Below are positions 10,974 to 22,047 of a DNA stretch of 26,412 bases, in pieces (position 1 is the first letter of the stretch; the number at the start of each line of letters is the position of its first letter). The DNA lies in contig NKIB01011728.1 of the NCBI GenBank assembly GCA_002256025.1, forward strand, positions 62,001 to 88,412. The letters run 5' to 3'. Position numbers and translations under genes: made by a program. The stretch comes from Asterionella formosa (lineage: Eukaryota). Under the pieces are notes generated by a model, which saw only the letters and a program-made list of their open reading frames with translations, searched no databases and had not been told where the DNA came from.

Positions 10974-11370
10974 GGGTACCAGGTACCCACTACCAGGTAG
11001 CTAGTTTGCATGTGGTCTACCCCGGCGGTGCTTCAATGTACGACAAATCCTTCAAGTCCTGACGCAAGCACAGATATTACTTATCTGCACAATTCACGTA
11101 CATGCCTACAGAAAGTATCATTGATCCTTCTCCCTCACTTGTCGCCTCTCATCGATAGGGCCCCAGTCAAGTACCAGGTAGTTTTTGTTCAGATAAAGAC
11201 CCCGAGTGCACAAGTGCGACTCGCTCATAAAAAACCTTTTGACAGGTACCAGGTACTCGCTGGGGGGCCAACCCTGGTACCATACCAGGTACGGGGTAAC
11301 CGGGTACTTGAAAAGGAGTCATGTATTTACATATTACTTTACTCCAATACCGGTAGTCTACTACCGGTAT
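10974..11370. promoter_or_regulatory. Putative promoter of the hybrid kinase with a dense TACCAGGTA/TACCGGTA cluster
   Basis: Motifs at 10974-10988, 10990-11000, 11171-11180, 11243-11256, 11273-11292, 11348 and 11362, all upstream of the kinase ATG. Confidence 0.5.
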
Positions 11371-11523
11371 CTGAAATGATATTTCTGTGTTGTTTGACCA
11401 GGCGTTTTACCATTTGTCGAACGCTGCCTTCATACTATCTCTCATCAACCGGTATATTCTTGTCTATTGTCTTCCATCTCTATCGGCGCTATGATTCCTT
11501 TCCCGACCACTGTCGGCTCCAAC

Positions 11524-13677
11524 ATGGCGAATGCGTTTTCCTATCTTTCGGTTGGACCATTGTGTATGGTAGCCCTCGACCCAGAGACTGATGTAGCTGT
11601 GCACATCAACGAGATGTTTGAAAATACCATAGGACAGATGTTCAAGATATCAGGGATGAAATTTAGTGCTCTGGCCACGGTGGGAGACCAGGATCGGACA
11701 TTGCTTGAAGGCGCTATCGAAGCGGTCAAGAGTGGAAAGACTGATAGGTCCAGGGCACGCAACGTTGAAATGATTACACTGGCAGGGGCTGGCTTGCCTA
11801 TCAAGAAACACTTTGACTGGACCGTGGGAAGAAGTTCAGAAGGCGACGTACTTTTGTTTGGCGACCCTTGCACTGATCAGGACATGGAACAACGGGCCAA
11901 GGATTGCGAGCTTGTAGACTTTTTCCAGAATGCGCCCATAGCTTTGCACTGGCTCAGCGGCGATGGAATCGTTTTGTGGGCCAATCAAAGGGAGCTCGAA
12001 GTATTGGGATATACGGCGGAGGAATACATTGGTCAGCCCATAATGAAGTTCTGCCCTGACGACGAAGAGATCGTCTTAGAGATTTTCAAGCAGCTGGGAA
12101 GCGGGAACACTATAAGAGATGTGCCCGTTCGATTCCGGGCGAAAGATGGGCATGTGGTAGACTTACTCATTGATAGCAACGTCAAGTATGACGTTAACGG
12201 CAAATTTGAACACACGCGATGCTTCATTCGCGACGATACGAAACGAAAGATTTCGGAGGCTAGAGCCAAGCTTCTTTTGGATGAAACCAAGCGCTCACTC
12301 AAGATGTTAGACAACTTTATGAGTCGTTCGCTACACCATTTGCGAACTCCACTTCATGTGCTTCAATGTACGCTAGACATTGTCTCGTCTAACCTATCCA
12401 AGCTCGCTACACGCCCAGGGGATGCAAAGTTGGCCACAGAGATCTTCGAAGAGAGTGTATCCTTGATGCAACAGGCTGGTATTCATATTGACAATGCAGT
12501 TGTCATGATCGATGATATAACCGATCTTGCTCGACTCGACCAAGGGGGAGTTTTCAATCTCAATGAGGAAATTATTCATCTAAAAGACCTTGGAAAGCAA
12601 GTGTTGGGTATGGTGTCTCCGCCAGCGACTTCTAGTGTCGAAGTAGCTTTGGAATTGATTGGCGGTGGTCCGGCCTTTCTATATACAGACGCGAATGTTC
12701 TCAAAAAGGTTTTACGTCACTTGCTTGAAAATGCCGTGCATGTGACGGAGCGCGGAAATATTACCCTGAAGATTGCCCACGAAGGCGACCGGTGTGTGTT
12801 CACAATCATTGATTCAGGGTCGGGCATCACAATATACAAACCTCCTTTAGGTGTCGGTAAAAACCTTCCCCCAATCTTCCAACGCTATCATCAAGAGCTG
12901 GTTCCAGAAGAAACGCAAGACTTTGAGCAAGCGACAACTCTTCGGGATAAGATCGAAAAAGGAATCAACAGCCATCGCCAAGATGGTATCGGCATTGGCC
13001 TCAGTCTAACATATCATCTCGTTAGGGCATTGGGAGGAGAGCTTTGTTATTCATCTGAACCTGGGCTAACACAGTTTTGGTTTTCTGTTCCACACGCTTT
13101 AGAGCAGCTTGCTTCTGAGAGAATCGTTCGCAAGGGCCCTCAAAAAAGGGAAATACCAAAAACCTCTGGAAATCGAGGATCTCTGGATTCTGCACCACTG
13201 AAAAAAGCCCATGTGATTCGAGAATCTGTTGTGCCTGACACATTAGTTTCAAAGCCAGACATCGTATGCAATGGGGTATGTTCATTGTATCCTCCATCGG
13301 TTCTGGTTGTTGAAGACGTTACTACCTGTGCAAAACTGCTTTGTATGTCATTGCGAAAAGCCAACTGCTCACCAACCTGGGTGGAGAATGGGCAACTAGC
13401 TATTGATCATCTCCGATCAAGCGCACCTGGAATGTACAGTCTCATTCTGATGGACTTGAGGATGCCAGTGATGGATGGACTCACTGCAACGAAAATCATC
13501 AAAGAAGAGCTTAAAATTACCATCCCAATTGTTGCGCTCACTGGTGATGCTGGGGAAGATACGAAAGCACAATGCATGGAAATTGGCTTTGATGAGTACT
13601 GCAATAAGCCTTTGAAGAGAGCTGATCTCCTTCGTGTCATTAAGCAGTATACTGGGTACAACCCTGGTTGTATATGA
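11524..13677 (+). CDS. Soluble hybrid sensor histidine kinase: degenerate PAS-like, PAS, HisKA, HATPase_c, receiver (717 aa from ATG 11524; alternative ATG 11491)
   Basis: PAS: DFFQNAPIALHWLSGDGIVLWANQRELEVLGYTAEEYIG...TRCFIRD. H-box FMSRSLHHLRTPL; N-box HLLENAVHVT; G1 IDSGSGI; G2 GIGIGLSL..LVRALGG. REC: LVVED, LMDLRMPVMDG, ALTG, NKP. No transmembrane segment seen; uninterrupted ORF. Confidence 0.93.
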   Translation: MANAFSYLSVGPLCMVALDPETDVAVHINEMFENTIGQMFKISGMKFSALATVGDQDRTLLEGAIEAVKSGKTDRSRARNVEMITLAGAGLPIKKHFDWTVGRSSEGDVLLFGDPCTDQDMEQRAKDCELVDFFQNAPIALHWLSGDGIVLWANQRELEVLGYTAEEYIGQPIMKFCPDDEEIVLEIFKQLGSGNTIRDVPVRFRAKDGHVVDLLIDSNVKYDVNGKFEHTRCFIRDDTKRKISEARAKLLLDETKRSLKMLDNFMSRSLHHLRTPLHVLQCTLDIVSSNLSKLATRPGDAKLATEIFEESVSLMQQAGIHIDNAVVMIDDITDLARLDQGGVFNLNEEIIHLKDLGKQVLGMVSPPATSSVEVALELIGGGPAFLYTDANVLKKVLRHLLENAVHVTERGNITLKIAHEGDRCVFTIIDSGSGITIYKPPLGVGKNLPPIFQRYHQELVPEETQDFEQATTLRDKIEKGINSHRQDGIGIGLSLTYHLVRALGGELCYSSEPGLTQFWFSVPHALEQLASERIVRKGPQKREIPKTSGNRGSLDSAPLKKAHVIRESVVPDTLVSKPDIVCNGVCSLYPPSVLVVEDVTTCAKLLCMSLRKANCSPTWVENGQLAIDHLRSSAPGMYSLILMDLRMPVMDGLTATKIIKEELKITIPIVALTGDAGEDTKAQCMEIGFDEYCNKPLKRADLLRVIKQYTGYNPGCI

Positions 13678-14071
13678 CAAGAACGAAATTTTTTTTGATT
13701 GTAGGAGCAGGCAAAGGAGGAATGTCAACTGCAAGAATCAAATCTAAATTGCACTTTTTATTCGACATCCATTGCCAACAAAATCTAAGAGCTGCGTGAG
13801 AAAACTCTTAACAGTTCAAATTTTAAGAATACTTTAGTTCAGTTATGTCATATCTGATGAAATCTAAATCAGCAGAATTTACTAGTAAAATCTGCAAAAT
13901 TATTTAGTTTTCTGGGTTTTTCCATTCATCAGATTTGAATCGTTGAGTCTCAGTATCTATATAGGAGCGCTTGTTATGTGAATAGACAATACTGTCACAA
14001 ACATCTTTAATGAGTTGTGGATAAAAATTTAAAGGTAATTCGAAGGCAATTGAACTTTAATTAAATGTTTT

Positions 14072-15835
14072 CTATACTAAGAAAAGCATCATCCTGACCC
14101 CTGGTACAGGGGTGGTTCCAATACATCTACGAAAACTGGTAGTACTAGGATGCATAATACCAATGAAAATTATATCAGATAGACCATACCACCTTGACCC
14201 TTCACCTAATTCCAATGCGTCTTTAACTGATAAGTCATTTCTTCTCCTTGTTTTCATTGTCCTTTTTCTTGTTTGCGGAGGAACTGCAATGATTTCATAA
14301 CTTATACAATCTCCATCCTGCTCTTTTCCTTTTGTGTTGCAATTGGCAGAAGATTGCAGCATGTTGTTTGCGCCTTTGACTGAGTTGCTTGTGGAAGAAG
14401 ACGGCAGCAAGTTGTCTGTTGCACAATCAAGCTGTAGCTGTTGAAACAAGTGATTACCCAGATTATCATTTTGATGCAGAACTTCATCTCCTGTATTGTG
14501 GCAGTAGATGTGGAAAGTCTGCTCTTTTCTCTCAGGTTTTTCATCATTGCTGCTGCTGATATCATAGTCACTGGCTTCCTCATTATCATTTGTTTGAGCT
14601 TGAGCACTGTCGCTAACATCAAGTCCTTCCAAAATTTCAGCATAACATTGTGAGAGGTCACAGCCACTGAAAGTGGTGTCACAGACATTGTCAACCTATG
14701 ACAATGACAAATCCATGAAGACAGAATCATTGGAGTCACTGGGATTAAGGGTCAAGTCATACATGGATTCCACAACAGCACGGAATCTACTGCTAGCTGC
14801 CACATCCATGCGCTCTTGGATAGTTGTGCACCTGCAGATGCTGTCCCTGGTATCTGGCATAATGGAATCAAAATCAACCCCAAAAACGGTTCTTATGCAG
14901 AAACGTCATTTTTGGCCCAACCACATTGTCGGTTCAGAATTTAATAAACTTCTCCGAGGTATTTGGTCCAGTTTGGACTTACTCTCCCTTTTGAACTTCA
15001 CTTGCTTGCAAGTACACTGTTCATTACACGTTTCACAGGTCTGTTGATGATTTCGACTGAACCCTGATCACTGGGCTTTTGGGGCCTACCAGTGACTGTT
15101 AGTATTTTTTGATTCCACCTTTTCAACATGCCTACAAGTTGTTCAGCTGTGAACTTAGAACCATTGTCTGTGTGAAAGATGTGTGAATATCCAATCATTC
15201 CAAAGAGAGAATTTATTTCAAAGCAGATGTGCTTTGTATTTTGTTTGGAACAGCTTAAATTGCATAAACCAGTGAATTTCACAACCATAATCAATTGCAT
15301 GAGCGACCTGACCATAAACTCTGCATCTTTCATTGGAGCGATAATCAATTAAATCAATTTGCATGCAATCACAAAATTCACCAGAATTTATATAACCACA
15401 TTGGGCTGCCTTAGATTTCAGAATTTGAGGATGGCCATGAATACAGCCACACAGGACACACACTGATAACTACATTCACGTGCTGTATTGTGATATTGTG
15501 AACTTGACGCTTCACCTCTCTCCTTGTAACAGGCAGATGATTTCAAGTGGCGAAGACTGCAGTGAGCATCATATATGGCATCGAACAATTCCTTGTGTCG
15601 AAGAATCTTTCTCCCCAATTTATCTCCTGCTTTCTCACCTTTTCTCCTCATAACATGGAGACTTCTTAACATATTGCCTTCTGTATCTTTCTTTGATCGC
15701 ACTGCATACTTTTTTACAAGCGAATAACCAATTTGATGTTGTCGCCATATCTCTGGATTATCCCAGTTTTCAATTATATACATAGCTTCATTGTATTTCT
15801 AATCAGTCATGTCACATGATCTAGCTTTTCCTGTT
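14072..15835 (-). mobile_element. Decayed Ginger-like (KRBA2/SCAND3-type) DDE integrase DNA transposon
   Basis: Successive frameshifted minus-strand ORFs carry an H2C2-like zinc region (DAIYDAHCSLRHLK...CP), D (MQIDLID), D (FHTDNGSKF) and E (GRPQKPSDQGSVE), then a low-complexity acidic tail. No RT, protease or LTR seen; termini not found. Confidence 0.8.
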
Positions 15836-16510
15836 TAAGGTTGTGGCCCCGGCTTAACCCTAGTTCGGAGAAAACATCAAAAGGGTTGTATAAACGGCAG
15901 GGAACAATGAGTTTCCAACTATGAATTCCCATTATTCGAGTGTCCATTTGAATATTTGAATTAAATAGGAATCAGTGCCAGATTGATAGAGTTCCATTTT
16001 AAAAAACGAAAAATGATATTTAAACGTTTATGATTTTTCTTCGTTGCTGAATATCGACATAAATTTGCTCAAAGCCAAACACATATAAATGTCAACGTGC
16101 ATGCTTATGGCTCTTGGTTATACGTTAATATTGAATCTGTGTTGCTGTATGTAGTTTCAATATCACTCCACGTACAAAGGTATTTACCGGTATGTAAATC
16201 AGTACCGGAGTCCCAGAGTAATGGTATATTGGTACTCGGAGTACCAGTTAGTACATTATCTTGGTTCATCATGATGGAGGACAAAATGTACTTCCGGTGG
16301 TACCGGTATTGATTTTACCAACCATTATTCAGGACATCTAATATGTGTGATTCAAGTGTGGCTGGCGAGATTTTACAAGGCCGGGATACTTCAGTCAATC
16401 TGGACAAGGTGAATAGATTCAATTCGACCAATCAGAATATGTTTAGTGACATGGTAATTTACCCAAGCAGTCTTTTCGGACTGAGAATTATTCAGCAAAG
16501 CATACCTACG

Positions 16511-16900
16511 CAAGACTCTAAGTATACGAGAATGCTTTTGCACGAACAAATTCTGATTCCAATATTTTGGCAATTGTTGAAAAAGCCGATCTGGTCGACT
16601 TTTTGGAGGATGATTCCTCTACATCTACAGGGTTTCATGAAGAAAATAAGAGATAGCCATGTACTCTATAACGTCAGCACTTAACTTCTGTAGAGAAGTA
16701 GCAGGTATCCCTCGTAGATTTTTTAAAAATCTTGATGGTCCCCTTTTTGACTATTCTTTGGATAGTTATGATTCCAAAAGGAATCACTGCCACTTCTCTC
16801 CAGAAATGAGGTCCTTACCATATCTGATTGTAGATCATACCCCTATGTCGAGGAATGACTGTATCTAAGCATATGCAAGGTGGTTGTATTGGTGAAAGCT
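16511..16900 (+). pseudogene. Copy 1 of an unknown small gene remnant (paralog at 25594-25996)
   Basis: NILAIVEKADLVDFLEDDSST aligns with DILEMVEKADFVEFSDNDSST in copy 2; downstream NFCREVA/DFWRETA and FSPE..HTP..NDCI/FSPD..YTP..EDCM also align. Confidence 0.6.
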
Positions 16901-17129
16901 AATTTTACCTTTAACTTTTTATTTAGTTGTTCATACTGCGTAGATTGAAGTACATAAGAAAATTAATTTGGAAGAAAACAGACCACCTCGCGATGTGCAA
17001 CCGCAGGGCCGCTACCTTAAGTTGTTCTTTGCTCAATTTCATTGTATTCCTGATCAGTTTCCGCATTTTGAGTGTTTCGTTGTAGTATCGCCTTTTTGTT
17101 CCTTGTTCTAGTCATTCTATCTTGTTGAT

Positions 17130-17853
17130 GCAGTGGTGGCTCCGGTTTCCACATCGACTGGAGTTTTCCTGGTGCTACTGTCCTCCCATTGTCATCATCA
17201 TTCCTTGTTGCACTTGTTGCTCCGGTTTCCGCATCGACTAGAGTTATAGTACCTGTGGTATCCTTTTAATTTGTTGTTGCCGTCGTTGCTCTTGTTTCTG
17301 CATTGACTAGAGGTATGCCTGTGGTCTCCTTCTCATTTGTTGTTGCTGTTGTGATTGCTCCGGTTTCCACATCGACTGGAGTTGTGCCTTTGGTCTCCTT
17401 TTCATTTGTTCTTGCCGTCGTTGCTCCGGTTTCCGCATAGACTGGAGTTGTGCCTGCGGCCTCCTTTTCATTTGTTGCTGCTGTCGTTGCTCCGGTTTCC
17501 ACATTGACTGAAGTTGTGCCACCAGCAACCACCTTATCATTCCATGTTTCCGTCGTTGCTCCGGTTTCCACATAGACTGAAGTTGTGCCACCAGCAACCA
17601 CCTTTTCATTCCTTGTTGCAGTTGTTGCCCCACCGATTTTGGTATTTCAAGGTATAACTGCAGCAGCATTTTCATTTAAATACCCAAAAGCTACAGTGAT
17701 GAAATGTGTAAGAAAGGATTCTCTCATTCTCTGTGCGCCACCACTGCTGCTGACAGTGGTTTTGCCATCATTGGGTGTAGAGGCACTAGAAACACAGGAG
17801 AATTCACTCGCCACATACTCTTCATTGCGATTCTTTTTCTTCGAAGAACTCAT
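17130..17853 (-). pseudogene. Disrupted gene encoding Thr-rich 22-23-aa tandem repeats
   Basis: ORFs 17853-17647 and 17601-17266 share a frame and are separated by one TGA. Repeat unit VETGATTxxxNEKxxxGTTPVD; decays further toward 17130. Confidence 0.6.
17135..17630. repeat. Coding minisatellite, ~7 units mostly of 66-69 bp
   Basis: Core tccggtttcc(a/g)cat.gact.(g/a)agtt recurs at ~17141, 17221, 17290 (degenerate), 17359, 17425, 17491 and 17560. Confidence 0.9.
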
Positions 17854-18218
17854 GTCAAATCAGAGGTGCCTTTCCGGTATACAAGTACAAGATAAACAAC
17901 TGCAATCAATCAACAGATTTGGTTGTGCATTGACTTCTATTGAAGATTCACTGCATCTAGGTACATGTGCGTGGCTACAGGGAAGCATTTGATGAAGCTT
18001 GATAGGTTTCTGGTACCTTATAGCCCTGTTGCACACATTACAGACTTTGGATTTTACTCGTTTAGCCACCAATACAGAATGTATGTCCACTTACACACGT
18101 AGTTGTACTTATTCCCACTGTATCATTCCTGTCAGCCCATATTGTAACTAATGGCGAGTCACAGCATTTTGAGTACTGACAATCGTTCTGTACCAGATAG
18201 AGTGTTCCACTCTAAATC

Positions 18219-18954
18219 TTGTCTTTTGTCAGCCCAATCACCTCTTTCATGCCCATTGAGTATTTGATGTATATCTTCCCAAAAAGCCTCTTCCATACCT
18301 ATGAAGAAATTGTTTTGATTGGCGGATCTACAAAGGGACGCAATAACCTAAATGGAAACAGTTCATGCCAAGTCAATGGGTTGACGTTTTTCTGGAATGA
18401 TGAAACACTGAAGTACTACAGAGAGCTTCTTGTTGATTTTGAACAACAGAACGCAATCATAAAGGAACGAGTATCAAACAGTGAGGGTAAGCCTGACATT
18501 GAAGGTAGGCAAGACTATTTTCGTTATTAAGAGTTGACAACGCATGACTGGGATAATTACAATCAAGAACATAAAAAGTTTGTAAGGAATGATCCCATAC
18601 ATTTGGATACATCCAAGATCGTAAATTCTACCAACCTCCTTCTTGACTTTGAAGAAGAGGATGAGGAACTTGGCGATAGTAGTTGGCAGCCATTCAAACA
18701 TTTCAGAAAATAAAAAGATGTTATCTTATAAATAGCAATTAATAGCATTCAGTTACATATAAAACATTCCTTATCTGAACCTTCAATCAAAAATTTCATA
18801 AATTAGTCCATCCTGTTCGATCAGGTTGCACTAAGAACGACGAAAACTTTTGACTATGACCACAACAGTGCCTCCAACCAAAAACCCAGAAACTGAACAA
18901 GAACTTAGATGGTCTGAATGGCTGGAGTCACTTAGAAAAGATGTGGAAAGTACA
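18219..18954 (+). mobile_element. PIF/Harbinger transposase remnant, internally deleted and 3'-truncated
   Basis: 18856-18954 translates MTTTVPPTKNPETEQELRWSEWLESLRKDVEST, matching the Harbinger motif (ES.RKDVEC.FG.LK) that carries the catalytic E. Upstream acidic frame 18219-18713 with stops is inferred to be the N-terminus; the two catalytic Asp motifs were not seen. Confidence 0.65.
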
Positions 18955-19618
18955 TCTACAACGCCGATTATTGGTACAGCCGCCACAAAAAAGCTAGTCA
19001 AATATGATCACCCAAATTAAATTTTTAGGTGGCCCACTATGACAAATTGGGCTATACTGCTATACATAATTTAAAGGTATGATACTATCAAAAAAATGTG
19101 ATGCATCATTGAATATTTATGATAGGAGTGAACTAAAATATTTTCAACAACTTCCTAAATTTTTTATAAACCCACATAAATTTTGGGGCAAACTAACAAT
19201 ATTTTTGTAAGGCCGATCATTTAATTTCTGTATCAACAACCGCAATTATTGTTTTGCAGCAATCAACTATAATTTCTATGAAGAGCAAAGTAAAATGGGA
19301 ATGCTATTGTGAAATTAATATTGTTGTCATATCATTCAAACTATATTTACATTATTTGACTATAGCTATTGCAACCAATATAGTTGTAAAAATCGCTGAG
19401 CAGCATGCCGAGCTGCTCTGCTTGTTGCTTTGGTAACCTTCAATCAATTTTCTAGAAACAATCATCATAACACAACCTGTTTTGAAGCATTTCCTAATGA
19501 AATGTACCAGACTCCTCTAATTTAATAAAACGAACACGCAAACAACTGGCGCAGTCTATAGTGTTGTACGAGTGTGCCATGAGGACCTCCAATTTTACCA
19601 CCATTTCACAACCAAGTA

Positions 19619-19808
19619 CCTGGTACCAGGCGCATTCCAGGATTAAAAAGGTACATGAGGAAGAAAGCAAGGTTGCTGGTACCAGCAAGATGTGGTAATT
19701 TTGCTGAAACTAAAGATTTAGCTATCTTTATCCCAGATAAAAATGTTAGTTTAAGCAAAATGATCGCAACTTGCAAGGTATCAGGTAGCTGTTACCTGGT
19801 ACCAGGTA
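19619..19808. promoter_or_regulatory. Cluster of CTGGTACCAG-core palindromes inside the TE island
   Basis: CCTGGTACCAGG (19619-19630), TTGCTGGTACCAGCAA (19673-19688), TACCTGGTACCAGGTA (19793-19808). The palindromes are certain; regulatory function is inferred. Confidence 0.45.
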
Positions 19809-20183
19809 CTAGGTAATGGAGGGTGGCCCTCGCAATCGCTACAAGGTAAATTTTTATTTAGCTGAGATACTGCGATTCTTTTGACTATACAAAAACCTAG
19901 AATGTAGTTGTTGTGATCATCTGAAGCATCCTGCATCATGTCGTCTCAACCTTGACCATGACGAAAATAGCGGAAATCTCTACGAAAATTGAGAACGACG
20001 CTTACCTATTAGAAACATATATCAATCACAACAAAGGCAATACAACCGTAAGAGAATAGTTGCAATGGCACTGATATTGACAGCGAAAACTGCAATCGCT
20101 GATGGCACAATTTTTCTACATAATCTATTCCTGCTCAAATCAAAAAGACGCTGTTGCGAAGAGATTTGACATTTTTGCAGTTG

Positions 20184-20448
20184 CTATTACTACACTGGTA
20201 CTGTGAAACTGTAGGTTTGCCCTACCAGCATTTTCCTTCTTCCCCTTGTCTCAAGACACGGTCAGAACATGACGTGACTACGGTGAAACTGTACCTATTA
20301 CTACACTGGTACTGTGAAACTGTAGGTTTGCCCTACCAGCATTCCCTTTTTCCCCTTCTCTCAATACCCGGTCGTAACATGACATGGCTACAGTGAAACT
20401 GTACCTATTTCTAAGATGGTACTATGAAACTGTAGCTTTGCGCTACCA
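20184..20448 (+). repeat. Tandem repeat, ~2.4 units of 110-111 bp, core GGTACTGTGAAACTGTAGGTTTGCCCTACCAGCA
   Basis: Units start at 20184, 20295 and 20405; GTGAAACTGTA occurs twice per full unit. Confidence 0.95.
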
Positions 20449-20619
20449 ATCTAATGTCTGTCACTGAGTATGTTGGTGCTGCATTGCTTCCGATCCAGCA
20501 TATAGTAGTTGACAGACCATTATCCTTTTCTGCTTCCTTTTTCTGCTACAGTCACGTTTCTCTTGACTATTTGATATTGCTTCGCACGCTATCGATAGTG
20601 CAATATATCACTTGTTATC

Positions 20620-21923
20620 TTGAATGGCAAACGTTCCGAGTACTTCAAGGAATGGAACGATCTTGGTTGTGAAGTGGATACCGATAGCAGATTTTTCAAT
20701 CAGGAAAAACCTGTTTCTATGGTTATTTCATGTTTGTTCAAGAGACAACGGAAGAGCAAGGAACGACTCTTACCGGTTAGATACTTTGATCATGATGACA
20801 AAGGCAAGGAGACAAGACTAGATGACAGTGTCCTGGATTTTTTCTCATCAAACTCTACGTGGTCCTAGTAGAGTCTGGCTTGTTTAACAAAACATCATTT
20901 GAAATTTCAAGGAAATTTCAGAAACACATAGGACCAGCGATGATTTTTATGGAAAACTCACTTTCCTTGAGATTTTAGACTACATCAGATAGACAACAAT
21001 ATGCCACCAAATGCAGCAGAAATAGACGATTTCCTACGTTTCATCACCGATTCATTACGGTTAATCAAAACAGTTCTGAGAACCAATGACTTCCTTTGTG
21101 TTATTGACGGAATTGAACAAGAACGTGTGTTTTCCTTAATTTATCTTTCCTTCCAGATGAGTTTTTTGGAACAGAAGAAAAAGGCAATCCATTTTTACAT
21201 GTGGCGAAATCTTTTTCTTCCGAGAAAATCTATAGCCCTCCTATTCATCTGTCAAAACAAACATTCAAAACAACTGCAACATATAAAGCACTTGCAAATA
21301 CCATGGAAGGAAAAGCCATGCAAGTGTTTCCTTTCAAGGATTATACTGACAGCTTAAAATATTCAAAGCTGGATCTGCCAAATGTAAAGACATTTTGGCA
21401 TATGATAAAGTGCTTGTTAATACCAGGTTCTATTGATGTCTCCAGCAATAGCGACAGAGTTATGCTACACACTGCCACTATGTTGTTCACCAATTCTGGA
21501 AAGAATGGCTACCCAAAACCTCAGAAACCACACCAAGATTATACACCGACAGAATGCAAAAGGGAAACTCCTATGCCTTGGAGAATGATAATGTCCTTGT
21601 CTTTAGGAGGGAACTGCTTAAATATATGGGATAATTGTGCGGATGAGAAGCATGCAATACATTTGTCCATACCGTTCAAATTCATCTTTCTCATGCGTGG
21701 AGATATAGTCCATGGAGGAGCTTTGGATAATAGTTTAAAAAATGATGCTCTGCGGATTCATTTCTATTTGTCGCCAGCTATAAAGCAAAGAAATGGACAC
21801 TCTGTCGCCAAACTGAAACGACAGGATAACAACAAACACACTGATGGATCAATATGTGGTCATGACCAGAAATTCTCGTCATTCTTATTGCAACATGGCG
21901 GAAGAGGGTGGTCTAACTTATGA
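20620..21923 (+). pseudogene. 2OG-Fe(II) dioxygenase (PhyH-like double-stranded beta-helix) gene; 5' part disrupted, catalytic domain ORF (21201-21923) open
   Basis: PQKPHQDY (HxD, His codon 21531), MRGDIVHGG (His codon 21711), LRIHFYL (Arg codon 21753). Frame stays open upstream to ~21117; a frameshift near 21115-21122 links it to ORF 21001, and ORF 20620-20868 may be the N-terminus. Confidence 0.75.
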
Positions 21924-22047
21924 TCTAATTTCAAAAAAAATCCAAAAATAAGTTTTTGGGTTTTGGTTTGGATCAACGGTTAGTAACGGCTGTAAAGTAA
22001 CAGTCTAAAACGTAAGAAATTCATCGATGGCTTGAGGAATACCACAA

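Noticed and set aside
11010..11591. 193-aa ORF upstream of the kinase, and short ORFs at 6327-6954
   Set aside because: Repeated YQV/PGT peptides are translations of the TACCAGG promoter motif; no protein features.
7840..15862. Telomeric seeds (AACCCT at ~7841, ~8338, ~15856)
   Set aside because: Isolated single hexamers, not tandem arrays.
17135..17630. CRISPR array or non-coding satellite
   Set aside because: Unit lengths are mostly multiples of three, the intervening parts are mutually similar, and the array translates as a peptide repeat.
20184..20448. CRISPR-like repeat-spacer array
   Set aside because: The would-be spacers are near-identical to each other, so it is a plain tandem repeat; eukaryotic context and no cas genes.
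21201..21923. Calling the dioxygenase a TET/JBP enzyme
   Set aside because: Motif context (QxxHxDY, RGDIVHGG, RIHFY) looks PhyH-like; I cannot see TET/JBP-specific signatures, so only the fold class is claimed.
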